A stretch of DNA of 64,000 nucleotides from a virus. Where the stretch lies: IMG/VR virus record IMGVR_UViG_3300049172_000080, positions 31,701 through 95,700 of that record, one strand, 5' to 3'. Shown in pieces: positions 28,801-37,015 of the stretch. The number at the start of each line of letters is the position of its first letter. The first letter of the stretch is position 1. The notes beneath the pieces are model-generated. The model saw only the letters and a list, made by a program, of their open reading frames with translations, searched no databases and was not told where the DNA came from. Position numbers and translations under genes: made by a program.

Positions 28801-28923
28801 GTGCGCGGCGCCGGGTTCGACCAAGGCGTATTCGACCTGACGGTGGCGGACAGCCCGGACGAGGTGTTCGTGTTCGACGACCCGGTGCAGGGTCGGCTCG
28901 ACTACGGCCGACTCGGGACCTGA
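25891..28923 (+). CDS. minor tail protein (1010 aa)
   Basis: Large ORF immediately after the tape measure gene. Confidence 0.65.
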   Translation: MAVAFRSIGTRLKVDMTSAPNPQTVTMPPGHASGDLLLLFLVYDNNVAPTTEPGGWTLLGTASAGQSLPGATASQVQTRVYYRVATGATPGASFSFSKAAWPTGSPFVLAFAAAYSGVDPAGPIEKWGATGTANTAATQAHPQLTTVASGDWLLTFRSGSAWQARTVTASGGTNTERVDDVDGFGELFAALYDSGADLTPGTQTQRSTTSAGGDAICQGGSTMWSLALKPVTAAAVTVALPGTATVSATAYNPTVVTAPGGWDLCGAEGLPSYSFRVDWNADGSFTDSDSAGDAYAADTFGRTVASGWGTADTGQSWTVNGGSASDYSVGSGAGRHSCSSRSVSRFSFLPGAAPGADMDVSVTVSTDQTAVGGSFLAFLLARFTDTSNAYMARLDFKATQGMALIIRKRVAGVETELATFTLPFPHTASALYRLRLRTLGPYIHAKCWPDGETEPAWQVAAEDSALTSGSGAGVRTFVEGTTTNTLPVGYAFDDFQVRETLDLEDVTDDIISDISVSYGRDQDRQLSPAAVGSASFTLNNISERHSPENAAGPLYGDLDPARAMRGEVTFNGQTHALFNGRIDDYTVHADFADRTAEFTFLDGLNDLSGIKLSTGVYSALRTGELINTILDLVGWTAARDIDPGATVVRYWWAEGADAFSAITDLVKSEGPPAVAYVAPDGRFVFRDRHHRLLRTQSREIRATFTGGRLGDCAAGAPPSGYDFTKPFVYSHGWRDIVNAVTFDVEERTPSATLEAVWTDESTYTLSAGQSLELEVTTSDPFVDAAPMVGGQDIIYSAPGAAWVDRVLSRTSGASATLTLRAVGGPATITYIQLRARPLAVNRTVKISLTDPGSITRHGERSYPDGAPWAGPADAEAIANMVLLHYGRRRPTVQIRVASSDPAHLMQVLQRTVSDRIRIVNEEMGLDGDFFVERVTHTIQRLGRPGRAPVHSVVLGCERDLVAPSNAFTFDVRGAGFDQGVFDLTVADSPDEVFVFDDPVQGRLDYGRLGT

Positions 28924-28934
28924 GGGAGGCAGCG

Positions 28935-29321
28935 ATGGGGATGGAAGTACCGCGTGAGCGGGCGCAGGTGGCCCGTGCGTACGTCTACAGCGGAGAGTGG
29001 GTGGCCGACTGCCCCCGGCCCGGCGCACAGCCGGGACAGGCGGGCTGCGGCAACGTCGAGTTCCTGTACCGGCCTGCTCGTATCGGCGGGCCCCGGGACG
29101 TGCCGGTCGACTTCTACCTGTGCTCGCACTGCGGCATGCAGGCGCCCATCGTCTGGCCCGACGACCGGCACGCACTCCTCGCCGTGCTGATGCGCCGCCC
29201 GGTGTCCGAGACGCGCAACTGGTACCCGGCCGATCACCCCGTGGCGATCCGGTTCCGCATCCCGCACGGGCAGAGCGTGCGCGATCTTGAGGACGAGAAC
29301 GAGGTCCACGGTGTGCGCTGA
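28935..29321 (+). CDS. hypothetical Cys-rich protein (128 aa)
   Basis: ATG after GGGAGG. Cys residues at CPRPG..CGN and CSHC. Confidence 0.5.
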   Translation: MGMEVPRERAQVARAYVYSGEWVADCPRPGAQPGQAGCGNVEFLYRPARIGGPRDVPVDFYLCSHCGMQAPIVWPDDRHALLAVLMRRPVSETRNWYPADHPVAIRFRIPHGQSVRDLEDENEVHGVR

Positions 29322-29395
29322 CAGACCCCCAGAAACGTTAGGCCCGATAACGGTTAAGACCGAAAATCCGCAGGTGAGAGGTAAGAACAAGATCC

Positions 29396-29410
29396 GGTAC
29401 CGTCGGTACC
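29396..29410. promoter_or_regulatory. Palindrome GGTACCGTCGGTACC (site 1 of 2)
   Basis: Lies in the 204-bp lower-GC gap between tail genes. Confidence 0.45.
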
Positions 29411-29465
29411 CTCTTAGTCGGTTAACCGTGAAATTGACTCCCCCTATACGTAAACAGGAGCACAC

Positions 29466-29480
29466 GGTACCGCCGGTACC
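29466..29480. promoter_or_regulatory. Palindrome GGTACCGCCGGTACC (site 2 of 2)
   Basis: Same 15-bp palindrome, 70 bp downstream of site 1 and 46 bp before the ATG at 29526. Confidence 0.45.
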
Positions 29481-29525
29481 GAAACTGATTCGTTTCGTTA
29501 ACGTGGCTCGGGAGGTGGCCTGACG

Positions 29526-30068
29526 ATGGCCTGGAGCGCACCTATGACCGCTGTCGCCGGAGCGACCTTCACGGCGGCGGCCTTCAATCAGTTCGTCCGC
29601 GACAACCTGCTGGAGACCGCACCCGCCAAGGCGACCGCCGCGTCCCAGCTCTTCGTGTCCACGGGCCCGAACGCGATCACCACCCGCGTGCCGACGCAGG
29701 CCTCGGTCACCACCAACCAGTCGACGTCCTCGTCCACGTTCACGGACCTGGCTACCGTCGGCCCCCGGGTGACCGTGGAGACCGGCACCATCGCGTTCTG
29801 CTGGTTCGGGGCCAGCCAGGCCCACAGCGCCACCGACAACGAGACCGCGTGCAGTGTGGCCGTCTCCGGGGCGTCCACCGTGGCCGCGTCCAATGCCTGG
29901 CAGCACTCCACCGACGGCGTCACCGCCGGCAACTACGTGCGCGGCACCAGCTTCCACATCTTCACCGGCCTGACCCCCGGGGTGAACGTCTTCACCATGA
30001 AGTACCGGCTCGGGGTGTCGGGCACCGCCTCGTTCAAGGACCGCGAACTCGGCGTACTGCCGCTGTAA
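29526..30068 (+). CDS. minor tail protein, paralog A
   Basis: MAWSAPMTAVAGATFTAAAFNQFVRDNLLETAPAKA N-terminus. Paralog of 30084..30620. Confidence 0.6.
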   Translation: MAWSAPMTAVAGATFTAAAFNQFVRDNLLETAPAKATAASQLFVSTGPNAITTRVPTQASVTTNQSTSSSTFTDLATVGPRVTVETGTIAFCWFGASQAHSATDNETACSVAVSGASTVAASNAWQHSTDGVTAGNYVRGTSFHIFTGLTPGVNVFTMKYRLGVSGTASFKDRELGVLPL

Positions 30069-30083
30069 GGAGGGAGACGAACC

Positions 30084-30620
30084 ATGGCCTGGAACGCCCC
30101 CATGACCGCCATCGCCGGCAGCGTCTTCACCGCCGCGCAGTTCAACCAGTTCATCCGCGACAACCTCGCCGAGACCGCGCCTGCCAAGGCCGTCACGCCC
30201 GGCGGGTACTTCGTCACCACGGCTACCAACCAGATCGCCGAGCGCATCGGCCAGGCAGCAACCCAGTTGGCCAACGACACCACGACCTCCACGTCCTACG
30301 GGGACCTGGACACCACGTCGGGACCATCCCTGACCGTGACCACCGGCAACTGCGCCCTCGTCATCATCTCCGCCTCGTTGAGCAACTCGGCGAACGTATC
30401 CGCGCGCATGGCGTACGAGGTGAGCGGGGCGTCGTCCCTCGCTGCTGCGGACAACCGGGGTATCGCCACCTTCGGAGTGGCCGGCGTGGGCATCGTCGCC
30501 TCGAACATGATTTTCCACAGCGATCTGACGGCGGGCTCCAACACGTTCGCCGCGAAGTACCGCGTGGCCGGCGGAACGGGTTCCTTCACGTCCCGCCGTA
30601 TCACCGTCCTGCCCTTCTAG
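30084..30620 (+). CDS. minor tail protein, paralog B
   Basis: MAWNAPMTAIAGSVFTAAQFNQFIRDNLAETAPAKA N-terminus. Same length class and a similar C-terminus (KYR..G.G..SF..R...VLP). Confidence 0.6.
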   Translation: MAWNAPMTAIAGSVFTAAQFNQFIRDNLAETAPAKAVTPGGYFVTTATNQIAERIGQAATQLANDTTTSTSYGDLDTTSGPSLTVTTGNCALVIISASLSNSANVSARMAYEVSGASSLAAADNRGIATFGVAGVGIVASNMIFHSDLTAGSNTFAAKYRVAGGTGSFTSRRITVLPF

Positions 30621-30628
30621 GAGGCCCC

Positions 30629-31108
30629 GTGCCCGCCGGATACGTCACCGTTAAGGTGTACTACGAGTACGACGCCGGTACCTGGTACGCCTCCGGCGAC
30701 CAGCCCGAGGCGCGTGCCCGGCCGCTGGCGGCCACCAACCGCGCAGCCGCCGAGACCGAGGCGACGACGGAACTCACTGCGCGCGGCCTGAGCCTCGTGG
30801 GCGCCTGGACCTATCAGGGCAACGACGAGGCGGGGTCCCGCGCCGTGTTCGCTCGCGCAGGCTCCAGCGACGCGGTGAAGTCCCTCCTCGCGCTGTTCTG
30901 GACCACCCACAAGGAGCTGCTGGCCAAGCTGGGCGTCAACGTCCCTGCACTGCCCGCCGCCCAGCGCGCCCTGCTCTTCAGCCAGGACGTCATGCTGGTC
31001 GGGCTGGTGCGGACCCTGGTGGACAGGGGCGACCTCACGGAGGACGACATCGCCGCCGCGTGCAGCTCTGTCCAGGCCGCAGACTTCTCCTGGCTGACGG
31101 GTCTGTGA
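30629..31108 (+). CDS. hypothetical protein (159 aa)
   Basis: GTG start after GGAGG. The stop overlaps the next ATG (TGATG). Confidence 0.5.
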   Translation: MPAGYVTVKVYYEYDAGTWYASGDQPEARARPLAATNRAAAETEATTELTARGLSLVGAWTYQGNDEAGSRAVFARAGSSDAVKSLLALFWTTHKELLAKLGVNVPALPAAQRALLFSQDVMLVGLVRTLVDRGDLTEDDIAAACSSVQAADFSWLTGL

Positions 31109-31428
31109 TGGACGGCTTCAGTGCGTTCCTCACCCCGACGCTGGGCGCCGGCGGAATCGTCCTACTCGTCGTGCTCATGGTCCTGCGGGGGACGCTGGTA
31201 CCCCGCTCCACCGTGGACATGATGCGCGAGGACAGCAACCGTCAGGTGGAGCTGTGGAAGGCCCTTGCCGAGGGCAGGCAAGGGCTCATCGAGATTCAGC
31301 AGGCGCAGCTCGACATGCTGATGGGCACCGCCGAGACCACTGAACGCGTGCTGAACGCCGTCTCCGAAGCGGCACGCGACAACCGGGGAGGTGGTGGCCG
31401 TGCCCTGGCTCAGTCGCCGCAGGAGTGA
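31108..31428 (+). CDS. single-pass membrane protein (lysis-cassette candidate)
   Basis: N-terminal TM segment LGAGGIVLLVVLMVL followed by a coiled region. Confidence 0.5.
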   Translation: MDGFSAFLTPTLGAGGIVLLVVLMVLRGTLVPRSTVDMMREDSNRQVELWKALAEGRQGLIEIQQAQLDMLMGTAETTERVLNAVSEAARDNRGGGGRALAQSPQE

Positions 31429-31621
31429 GGCGGGCCGCGAACAGGCGGCCGAGGAGGTGCAGACCGTCCAGGAGGCGCTCCAGTCCCTCGAACAGGACAT
31501 CGCTCGGGCGCACGCTCGTACGGCGGTGATTTCGGAGATTTCGCGTACTCTGCGGCGGCTGGGCGAACGAAATCACTTTGCCCCGATGATCAAAGATGCG
31601 CTTGGGGGCAAGTTCAGATGA
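31391..31621 (+). CDS. hypothetical protein (about 76 aa)
   Basis: Several GTG start candidates after GGGGAGG. Start is uncertain. Confidence 0.4.
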   Translation: MVAVPWLSRRRSEAGREQAAEEVQTVQEALQSLEQDIARAHARTAVISEISRTLRRLGERNHFAPMIKDALGGKFR

Positions 31622-31938
31622 CGTCAGGGGAGATGGTGAACGTCTGGGGCAGCGCGATCGCTCTTGTCGGGTGCCTGTCCTTCGTCGCCGTCTACACCCT
31701 GCTCGCCCGATGGTGGCGGACGCTCGTCGGCCGGCTGCTCGTCATCAAGGCTCTGGCCATTGCGGCGTTCATGGCCATCTCCATCTGCGTCACCGCGTTC
31801 GGGGTCGACGCGGAGGCCCTGCGCACGCTGCGGGGCATCCTCGCCGCGCTGTTCGGAGTGCTGATGCTGTATCAGGCGTGGCTCGTAGGCCACACGCAGA
31901 TCAAGGGGGCCCGCCGTGGCGGCACCGATGAACCCTGA
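31618..31938 (+). CDS. multi-pass membrane protein, holin-like
   Basis: Three or four hydrophobic segments. Overlaps the endolysin start. Confidence 0.55.
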   Translation: MTSGEMVNVWGSAIALVGCLSFVAVYTLLARWWRTLVGRLLVIKALAIAAFMAISICVTAFGVDAEALRTLRGILAALFGVLMLYQAWLVGHTQIKGARRGGTDEP

Positions 31939-32887
31939 CACCTTCATACGCATCTTCCGCGAGGAGGGCGTGCGGATCTCCGAGTACCCGGGCTGGCGCA
32001 CCCGGGAGCGCGACGACGAGACCGGCCTGGTCTTCGGCCCGGTGCGGATGATCCTCAACCACCACACCGCTGGGAGGAACTCCCGCGACATCGTCGCCCG
32101 GGACGGCGTACCCGGCCTGCCCCCGCCGCTCGCGCACATCCACCTCGCCAAGGACGGCGTCGCCACGATGTGCAGCGACGGCCGCGCGAACCACGCCGGG
32201 CCGATGGCCGTCAACGCCTACCAGAGTTTCCGCGACGAGCAGGCCGTCCACCCGGCTCCGTCCAAGGCCTCGGGCACCATCGACGGCAACGACGTCAGCT
32301 ACGGCATCGAGACCGAGAACCTCGGCGACGGCCGGGACGTCTACCCGCGCGCCCAGTACGACGCCTGGGTGCGCGTCAACGCCGCCATCTGCCGTCACTA
32401 CGGCTGGTCCGCCGAGTCGGTCGGCTGCCACAAGGAGACGTCGGTGGAGGGCAAGCCGGACCCGCGCGGCCCCGTGGAGGGCTACGGCAGCCGGGGCCGG
32501 TTCGAGTTCACCCCCAAGCAATTCCGCGCGGACGTGGCCGAGCGGCTGCGCCACGAGCGCACCTGGACTCCCGGAGAGGACGACGACATGGCACTGACGA
32601 GCGCGGACATCGAGAAGGTCGCGGACGCGGTGGTGAAGAAGCTGCTCGCCGGAGGCGGGGTGCTGGAGGGTGGCGACGTCCGGAAGATCTTCACCACGGA
32701 CGACGTCCTCACCGCCCCGGCAGATGCCTCTGACTACGCGACCAACAAGCACTGGACGTTTGCCACGCACGTGCAGTCCACCACGGCGGCGGTGCGTGAG
32801 ATCCGGGCTCAGTCCCGGTCCAACGGGTCCCAGCTCACCGAGCTGAAGCGGGCCGTGGACGCCATCAAGACCAAGCTGGGGGCGTGA
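31916..32887 (+). CDS. endolysin, N-acetylmuramoyl-L-alanine amidase (PGRP/amidase_2-like)
   Basis: NHHTAG, YGIETEN and GCHKE zinc-amidase motifs. An alternative start is the ATG at 31928. Confidence 0.8.
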   Translation: MAAPMNPDTFIRIFREEGVRISEYPGWRTRERDDETGLVFGPVRMILNHHTAGRNSRDIVARDGVPGLPPPLAHIHLAKDGVATMCSDGRANHAGPMAVNAYQSFRDEQAVHPAPSKASGTIDGNDVSYGIETENLGDGRDVYPRAQYDAWVRVNAAICRHYGWSAESVGCHKETSVEGKPDPRGPVEGYGSRGRFEFTPKQFRADVAERLRHERTWTPGEDDDMALTSADIEKVADAVVKKLLAGGGVLEGGDVRKIFTTDDVLTAPADASDYATNKHWTFATHVQSTTAAVREIRAQSRSNGSQLTELKRAVDAIKTKLGA

Positions 32888-32891
32888 CCGC

Positions 32892-33119
32892 ATGTCGCAG
32901 GACGCAAGGATGCGCGCGGTCATCGACGAGGCTGTGGCCCGCGCCACCGAGCCGCTGAAGAAGCGCGTGGAGGAGCTGAGCGCCCGTCTCGCGGCCGTGG
33001 AGGACTCCAGCGGCCCGAGCCCTACCCCTGAGCAGAAGCGGGCGCCTGCGGGCCGTACAGCCAGGGCCAGGGGGTCGGCGGACGGCAAGGCCGAGGACAC
33101 CCCCAAGACCGGGCAGTAG
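32892..33119 (+). CDS. hypothetical protein (75 aa)
   Basis: Coiled N-terminus and a basic tail. Confidence 0.45.
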   Translation: MSQDARMRAVIDEAVARATEPLKKRVEELSARLAAVEDSSGPSPTPEQKRAPAGRTARARGSADGKAEDTPKTGQ

Positions 33120-33160
33120 TCCGGCAGTAGGCCCAAGGACCAGGGAACGGAGACCGAGGA

Positions 33161-34219
33161 ATGCGCGTCGTCACCTACCCGGCCGACACCGGCGGCTGCG
33201 GCTACTTCCGGATCATCTGGGCGGCGGAGCTGCTCGCGGCCGCCGGGCGCGATGTGGAGATCCGGCCGCCTGCCGACCGGGGACTGAAGTTGAAGATCGG
33301 GGCGGACAACCACGTGGAGGACGTCCTGGACGTGGACGACGTGGACGTCCTCGTCTTCCAGCGGCTCACGCACCGGTGGATGGCGGAGGCGGTGCCGCTG
33401 CTGCGCGCCCGGGGCATAGCCGTCGTCGTGGACGTGGACGACGACCTGTCCACCGTGCACCCTCGCAACCCGGCCTACGCCTCGATGCACCCGAGGAACC
33501 CCGGTCACCACTCCTGGCAGCACCTGGCAGCGGCGTGCCGGGACGCCACGCTGGTGACCGTGTCCACCCCGGCGCTGCTGGAGCGCTACGCCCGGCACGG
33601 CCGAGGTCACGTCGTTTACAACCATCTGCCCGACTCCTACTACGACGTGCCGCGCGTGGATCGCGACACCATCGGCTGGCCGGCGGCCCTGGCGAGCCAC
33701 CCTGATGACCCGGCTGTGGTCGGCGGCGCCGTCGCGCGGCTGGTGTCAGAGGGCGCAGACTTCCGCGTGGTCGGCGACCCGACCGGCGCCGGCGCCGCGT
33801 TCGGTCTGACCCTGGATCCCCAAGGACACACGGGCGTTGACGTGGCGGGCTGGCCGGCGGCCGTATCGGGAGACCTCGGCATAGGGATTGCGCCACTGGC
33901 AGATACCCGGTTCAACATGGCCAAGTCCTGGCTGAAACCGCTGGAGCTGAGTGCGCTCGGGGTGCCTTGGGTGGCCTCGCCCCGGGCGGAGTACATCAGG
34001 CTGCACAAGCGGGGCGCAGGCGTCCTCGCCGACACACCACGACGCTGGTACCGGGAACTGAAACGCCTGGTCGACTCGCCGGCCCTGCGCGAGGAGCGAG
34101 CGGAGGCCGGCCGGGCGGTGGCCGAGGGTCTGCGGCTGTCGAGCAACGCGTGGCGGTGGTGGGAGGCGTGGGAGAGGGCGCGCGATACGCAGAGTGCGTC
34201 CAAGGCGTACGCGGCGTGA
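33161..34219 (+). CDS. GT-B-fold glycosyltransferase-like protein
   Basis: C-terminal FNMAKSWLKPLELSALGVPWVASPRAEY segment resembles the GT1/GT4 nucleotide-sugar binding region. Confidence 0.55.
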   Translation: MRVVTYPADTGGCGYFRIIWAAELLAAAGRDVEIRPPADRGLKLKIGADNHVEDVLDVDDVDVLVFQRLTHRWMAEAVPLLRARGIAVVVDVDDDLSTVHPRNPAYASMHPRNPGHHSWQHLAAACRDATLVTVSTPALLERYARHGRGHVVYNHLPDSYYDVPRVDRDTIGWPAALASHPDDPAVVGGAVARLVSEGADFRVVGDPTGAGAAFGLTLDPQGHTGVDVAGWPAAVSGDLGIGIAPLADTRFNMAKSWLKPLELSALGVPWVASPRAEYIRLHKRGAGVLADTPRRWYRELKRLVDSPALREERAEAGRAVAEGLRLSSNAWRWWEAWERARDTQSASKAYAA

Positions 34220-34256
34220 TCTGAACGCCCCGGGAAGCAAAGATATGAACCAATAA

Positions 34257-34292
34257 GGCCGGGCGGCCACTCACTGAGTGGGCCGCCCGGCC
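34257..34292. terminator. Convergent-junction hairpin 1
   Basis: GGCCGGGCGGCCACTCA / TGAGTGGGCCGCCCGGCC. Confidence 0.7.
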
Positions 34293-34308
34293 ATTACGTT
34301 GTCCATCA

Positions 34309-34347
34309 CTGACGGCCCTCCCCGTCGACAGCGGGGAGGGCCGTCAG
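34309..34347. terminator. Convergent-junction hairpin 2
   Basis: CTGACGGCCCTCCCCG / CGGGGAGGGCCGTCAG, a perfect 16-bp stem. Confidence 0.7.
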
Positions 34348-34757
34348 GCTATGGCACGCACATTGGTGCGCGTGCGGGGCTGCGCGGCCGACTCCCGCAG
34401 CCACGACAGACCGCAAGCCAGGCACAGCGCGTCGTGGCTGTCCGCCATGTTGACGACCCGGGTGGAGCCGCACGACGGGGACGGGCACTTGGCCCTGTCC
34501 TTCTTGGCCTTGAGCCGCCGACGCTCTGCCGTGTCGGTCCCGCCCCAATACCCGCGCAGGTTGTATGTAAGCGCGTACCGGAGGCACGTCCCCCAAACGG
34601 GGCACAGGTTGCAGTACTTGCGCGAGGCCTCCAGGCCTTCGGCGTCTTCCTTGTCGGGAACGAACGTCTCCATCGGGAGACCGTTGCACAGTGCGTCGTC
34701 CTGCCAGCGCACCTCGGAAGCGGCGTAGCCGCTACCGCTGTTCGATCGCTGTATCAC
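34344..34757 (-). CDS. WhiB-like (Wbl) Fe-S transcription factor with C-terminal zinc-ribbon extension
   Basis: C-X23-CNLC-X5-C plus a GYWGGT turn. Additional CPSPSC...CLAC motif. GTG start after GAGGAG. Confidence 0.8.
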   Translation of the reverse strand: MIQRSNSGSGYAASEVRWQDDALCNGLPMETFVPDKEDAEGLEASRKYCNLCPVWGTCLRYALTYNLRGYWGGTDTAERRRLKAKKDRAKCPSPSCGSTRVVNMADSHDALCLACGLSWLRESAAQPRTRTNVRAIA

Positions 34758-35035
34758 CTATCGACTCCTCGGACGCAGGGACACCTCTAGGGTTGAATCA
34801 TTGCTGTGTGCACCCGTGTTCGGAACAGCACACACGTGAATAATCGCGACCCTCGCTCAAAGTAATAGACACGTTTCCGATTGTGAGTTGTCGCAGCTCA
34901 GAGGGGGCCACCTCCACCAATCGTCCACAGCCTGAGGGTGGATCCACCAACTGGGCATATTCCCAACGGAGTTACCGCCGGTATAACGAGAGCCTCCCAC
35001 GACCGACGGGGGAGAGAGGCTCTCGTCTAAACCGG

Positions 35036-35482
35036 TCAGTCACCCGGTCCGTGCCTGAGGCAAGCGTTTTCATTCGCGCCTTCCCGGGCCATCTCGTCGA
35101 CGCTCCGCCGCCCCGTCAGGTCGTCGGTGTAGGCCAGCGTCCACGTCCGGCCGGTTCCGGAGACAGCCGGGACCGTCAGACTCTTGGCGTTGACCCTCAA
35201 CACCTCGTACCAAACACCCCGGTACTGGACGAAGTCCCCTTTACGGAAATCCGCGCGGGTCCAGATTTTGAAGCCCTGAGCCTCGGCCCTGGTGACGATC
35301 GCCCCCAGGTGCTCGATCTGGCCCTCCAGCTCTGCAAGCTGCCGGTCCAGCTCCTGCGCGTAGTCGGACCCCGGAGTGCACCGACTGCGGGAGCGCTGCA
35401 CGCGCCGCCGATCGGCTTCCAGCTTCACTATGCGCCGCAGGGCCTCAACGGCTCTAACTGTCGTGTCTCTGCCCGTGCCCAT
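35036..35482 (-). CDS. hypothetical protein, C-terminus paralogous to 4029..4550
   Basis: DFRKGDFV..YEVLRVNAKSLTV motif. Preceded by the conserved leader. Confidence 0.55.
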   Translation of the reverse strand: MGTGRDTTVRAVEALRRIVKLEADRRRVQRSRSRCTPGSDYAQELDRQLAELEGQIEHLGAIVTRAEAQGFKIWTRADFRKGDFVQYRGVWYEVLRVNAKSLTVPAVSGTGRTWTLAYTDDLTGRRSVDEMAREGANENACLRHGPGD

Positions 35483-35632
35483 GAAGGGCCCCCTTGTTCC
35501 TTGGTCTGGAGTTGCGAGTGCCCCGCCCAGGGGGGAGTGGGCGGGGCACAGTCGACGTGACCCGGCAGGGGGTGGGCCACGTCGTACGGCACGGAGTGTG
35601 CCAGTGGGTACGTCAATCGCCGAACGGCCTCG

Positions 35633-36076
35633 TCAGGCCGTCAGCTCGCGCCGCGTCCAGCCCTCGGCGTCAGTCCGGCGCAGCCACTCCGCCGCAGCGG
35701 CCCGGCCTTCGGGGGTGAGCATCACGACGGAGCCGTACGCCTTGCCGCGCGGGCCTGCCTGCACCCGGGCCGTCCCGAAGGGCAGCAGGCAGTCCAGCCT
35801 GGCCCAGGTGCGCGTGAACCAGACGATGGCGTACTCGTCGCCGGAGATGTCCATGCGCTTGCCGTACAGAGTGCCCGGGAGGTCCCCGAGTGCGGCCGGC
35901 TGCGCCTCACCGGCGAACCAAGCGGCGAGCGGGAGGATCCACGACGGGTCCAGGACGACACCGTTGTGCCCGCCGGGGGTGATGAACTGAACCGTCATCA
36001 CCAGCGTGCCGTCGTGGCCCGGGTCGAACCGCAGAGCCGTTCCCCGCACGGTGCCGGGGATCTCGAATGCGTCCAT
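35633..36076 (-). CDS. hypothetical protein (147 aa)
   Basis: ATG after CTGACCAAGGAAGG. Confidence 0.55.
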   Translation of the reverse strand: MDAFEIPGTVRGTALRFDPGHDGTLVMTVQFITPGGHNGVVLDPSWILPLAAWFAGEAQPAALGDLPGTLYGKRMDISGDEYAIVWFTRTWARLDCLLPFGTARVQAGPRGKAYGSVVMLTPEGRAAAAEWLRRTDAEGWTRRELTA

Positions 36077-36220
36077 GTGGTGCCTTCCTTGGTCAGCGGT
36101 GCGGTGCAGGGGGTGGGTGCTCCCGGCCGGTCACGATCCGGCACTTCCGCCTTGAGAGGGCGATGGACATCCGTTATCCCACGGGAGCGGGTTGGGACCG
36201 AACGGTCCCGAACAGCGTGG

Positions 36221-36511
36221 TCAGTCGACGATCTCGACGCCGGGCCAGTAGGCGACGATGCCGAGCCCCATCGAGTCGGTGCGGGTGAGCCGGGCCAGGC
36301 GCATCGCGTCGTCTGCCCGGTCGTCCTCGGTCATCGACACGGCGAGCGCCACGAGGAACTCCGTCAGCTTGCCGGTGCTGGGCAGCGTCACGGCTGCGCA
36401 CGTACCGGACCCCATGCCCTGGCCGTTGTACGTCGGGCGGATGCTGTACTCGTCCTCCCAGATTTCGGCCGTCTCGGCGGCGCCCTGGACCTCACGGCGG
36501 GTGATCTTCAT
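36221..36511 (-). CDS. hypothetical protein (96 aa)
   Basis: ATG after GGGACGAGGAACCGACC. Promoter copy f lies upstream. Confidence 0.55.
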   Translation of the reverse strand: MKITRREVQGAAETAEIWEDEYSIRPTYNGQGMGSGTCAAVTLPSTGKLTEFLVALAVSMTEDDRADDAMRLARLTRTDSMGLGIVAYWPGVEIVD

Positions 36512-36558
36512 GGTCGGTTCCTCGTCCCTTGGGTGGTTCAGCCGGCGTCCCCGGCTGA

Positions 36559-36598
36559 TGACTTAATTAAATCACAGCGCCCCAGGGCGGACAACCCC
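36559..36598 (-). promoter_or_regulatory. Conserved phage promoter cassette (copy f)
   Basis: Minus-sense GGGGTTGTCC-N17-TTTAAT. Palindrome TGACTTAATTAAATCA. Confidence 0.6.
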
Positions 36599-36623
36599 GG
36601 GGCGCGGATTTGTTGAACCTTCG

Positions 36624-36896
36624 TCAGTTGAGTGCGGCCATGCGGTGCTGCTCTTCCACGCCGATCCGGGCGACGGTCCGCAGGGTCTCTCCCTCGGCAC
36701 AGTCCGGCCGGTCGTCGCGGCGGCAGTCGGCACAGGCGGCGATGTGCGTCGGGTAGTCGGAGAACGCGCCGTAATACGGCAGCGTCTCCACCAGCTTTAT
36801 TTCGGAGGTGCCGAGGCTGTCCAGGCTCGTCTGCCCCTCCGCCTCGGCGGCGTCCCGTATGTCGTCCAGGGTCCAGCCCACCCACATTGTGCGCAT
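36624..36896 (-). CDS. hypothetical protein (90 aa)
   Basis: ATG after CTGACCAAGGAAACGAGGAATCGACC. Confidence 0.55.
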   Translation of the reverse strand: MRTMWVGWTLDDIRDAAEAEGQTSLDSLGTSEIKLVETLPYYGAFSDYPTHIAACADCRRDDRPDCAEGETLRTVARIGVEEQHRMAALN

Positions 36897-36939
36897 GGTC
36901 GATTCCTCGTTTCCTTGGTCAGCCCCGGTCCAACCGGGG

Positions 36940-36978
36940 TGATTTGATTAAATCATAGGGTGTTGGGCGAGACAATAC
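36940..36978 (-). promoter_or_regulatory. Conserved phage promoter cassette (copy g), in the divergent region with parA
   Basis: Minus-sense TTGTCT-N17-TTTAAT. Palindrome TGATTTGATTAAATCA. Confidence 0.6.
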
Positions 36979-37015
36979 GTAGGTACACACCGGGCGCCCG
37001 ATAAGCTCCGGCGTC

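Noticed and set aside
24732-33700. Other long alternative-frame ORFs: 24732..27113 (+), 26167..27654 (-), 28902..30518 (-), 29849..31108 (+), 31901..33700 (-) and 18312..19682 (-).
   Set aside because: They overlap better-supported tape measure, minor tail and endolysin genes. They have low-complexity Arg/Gly/Pro sequences and no start context.
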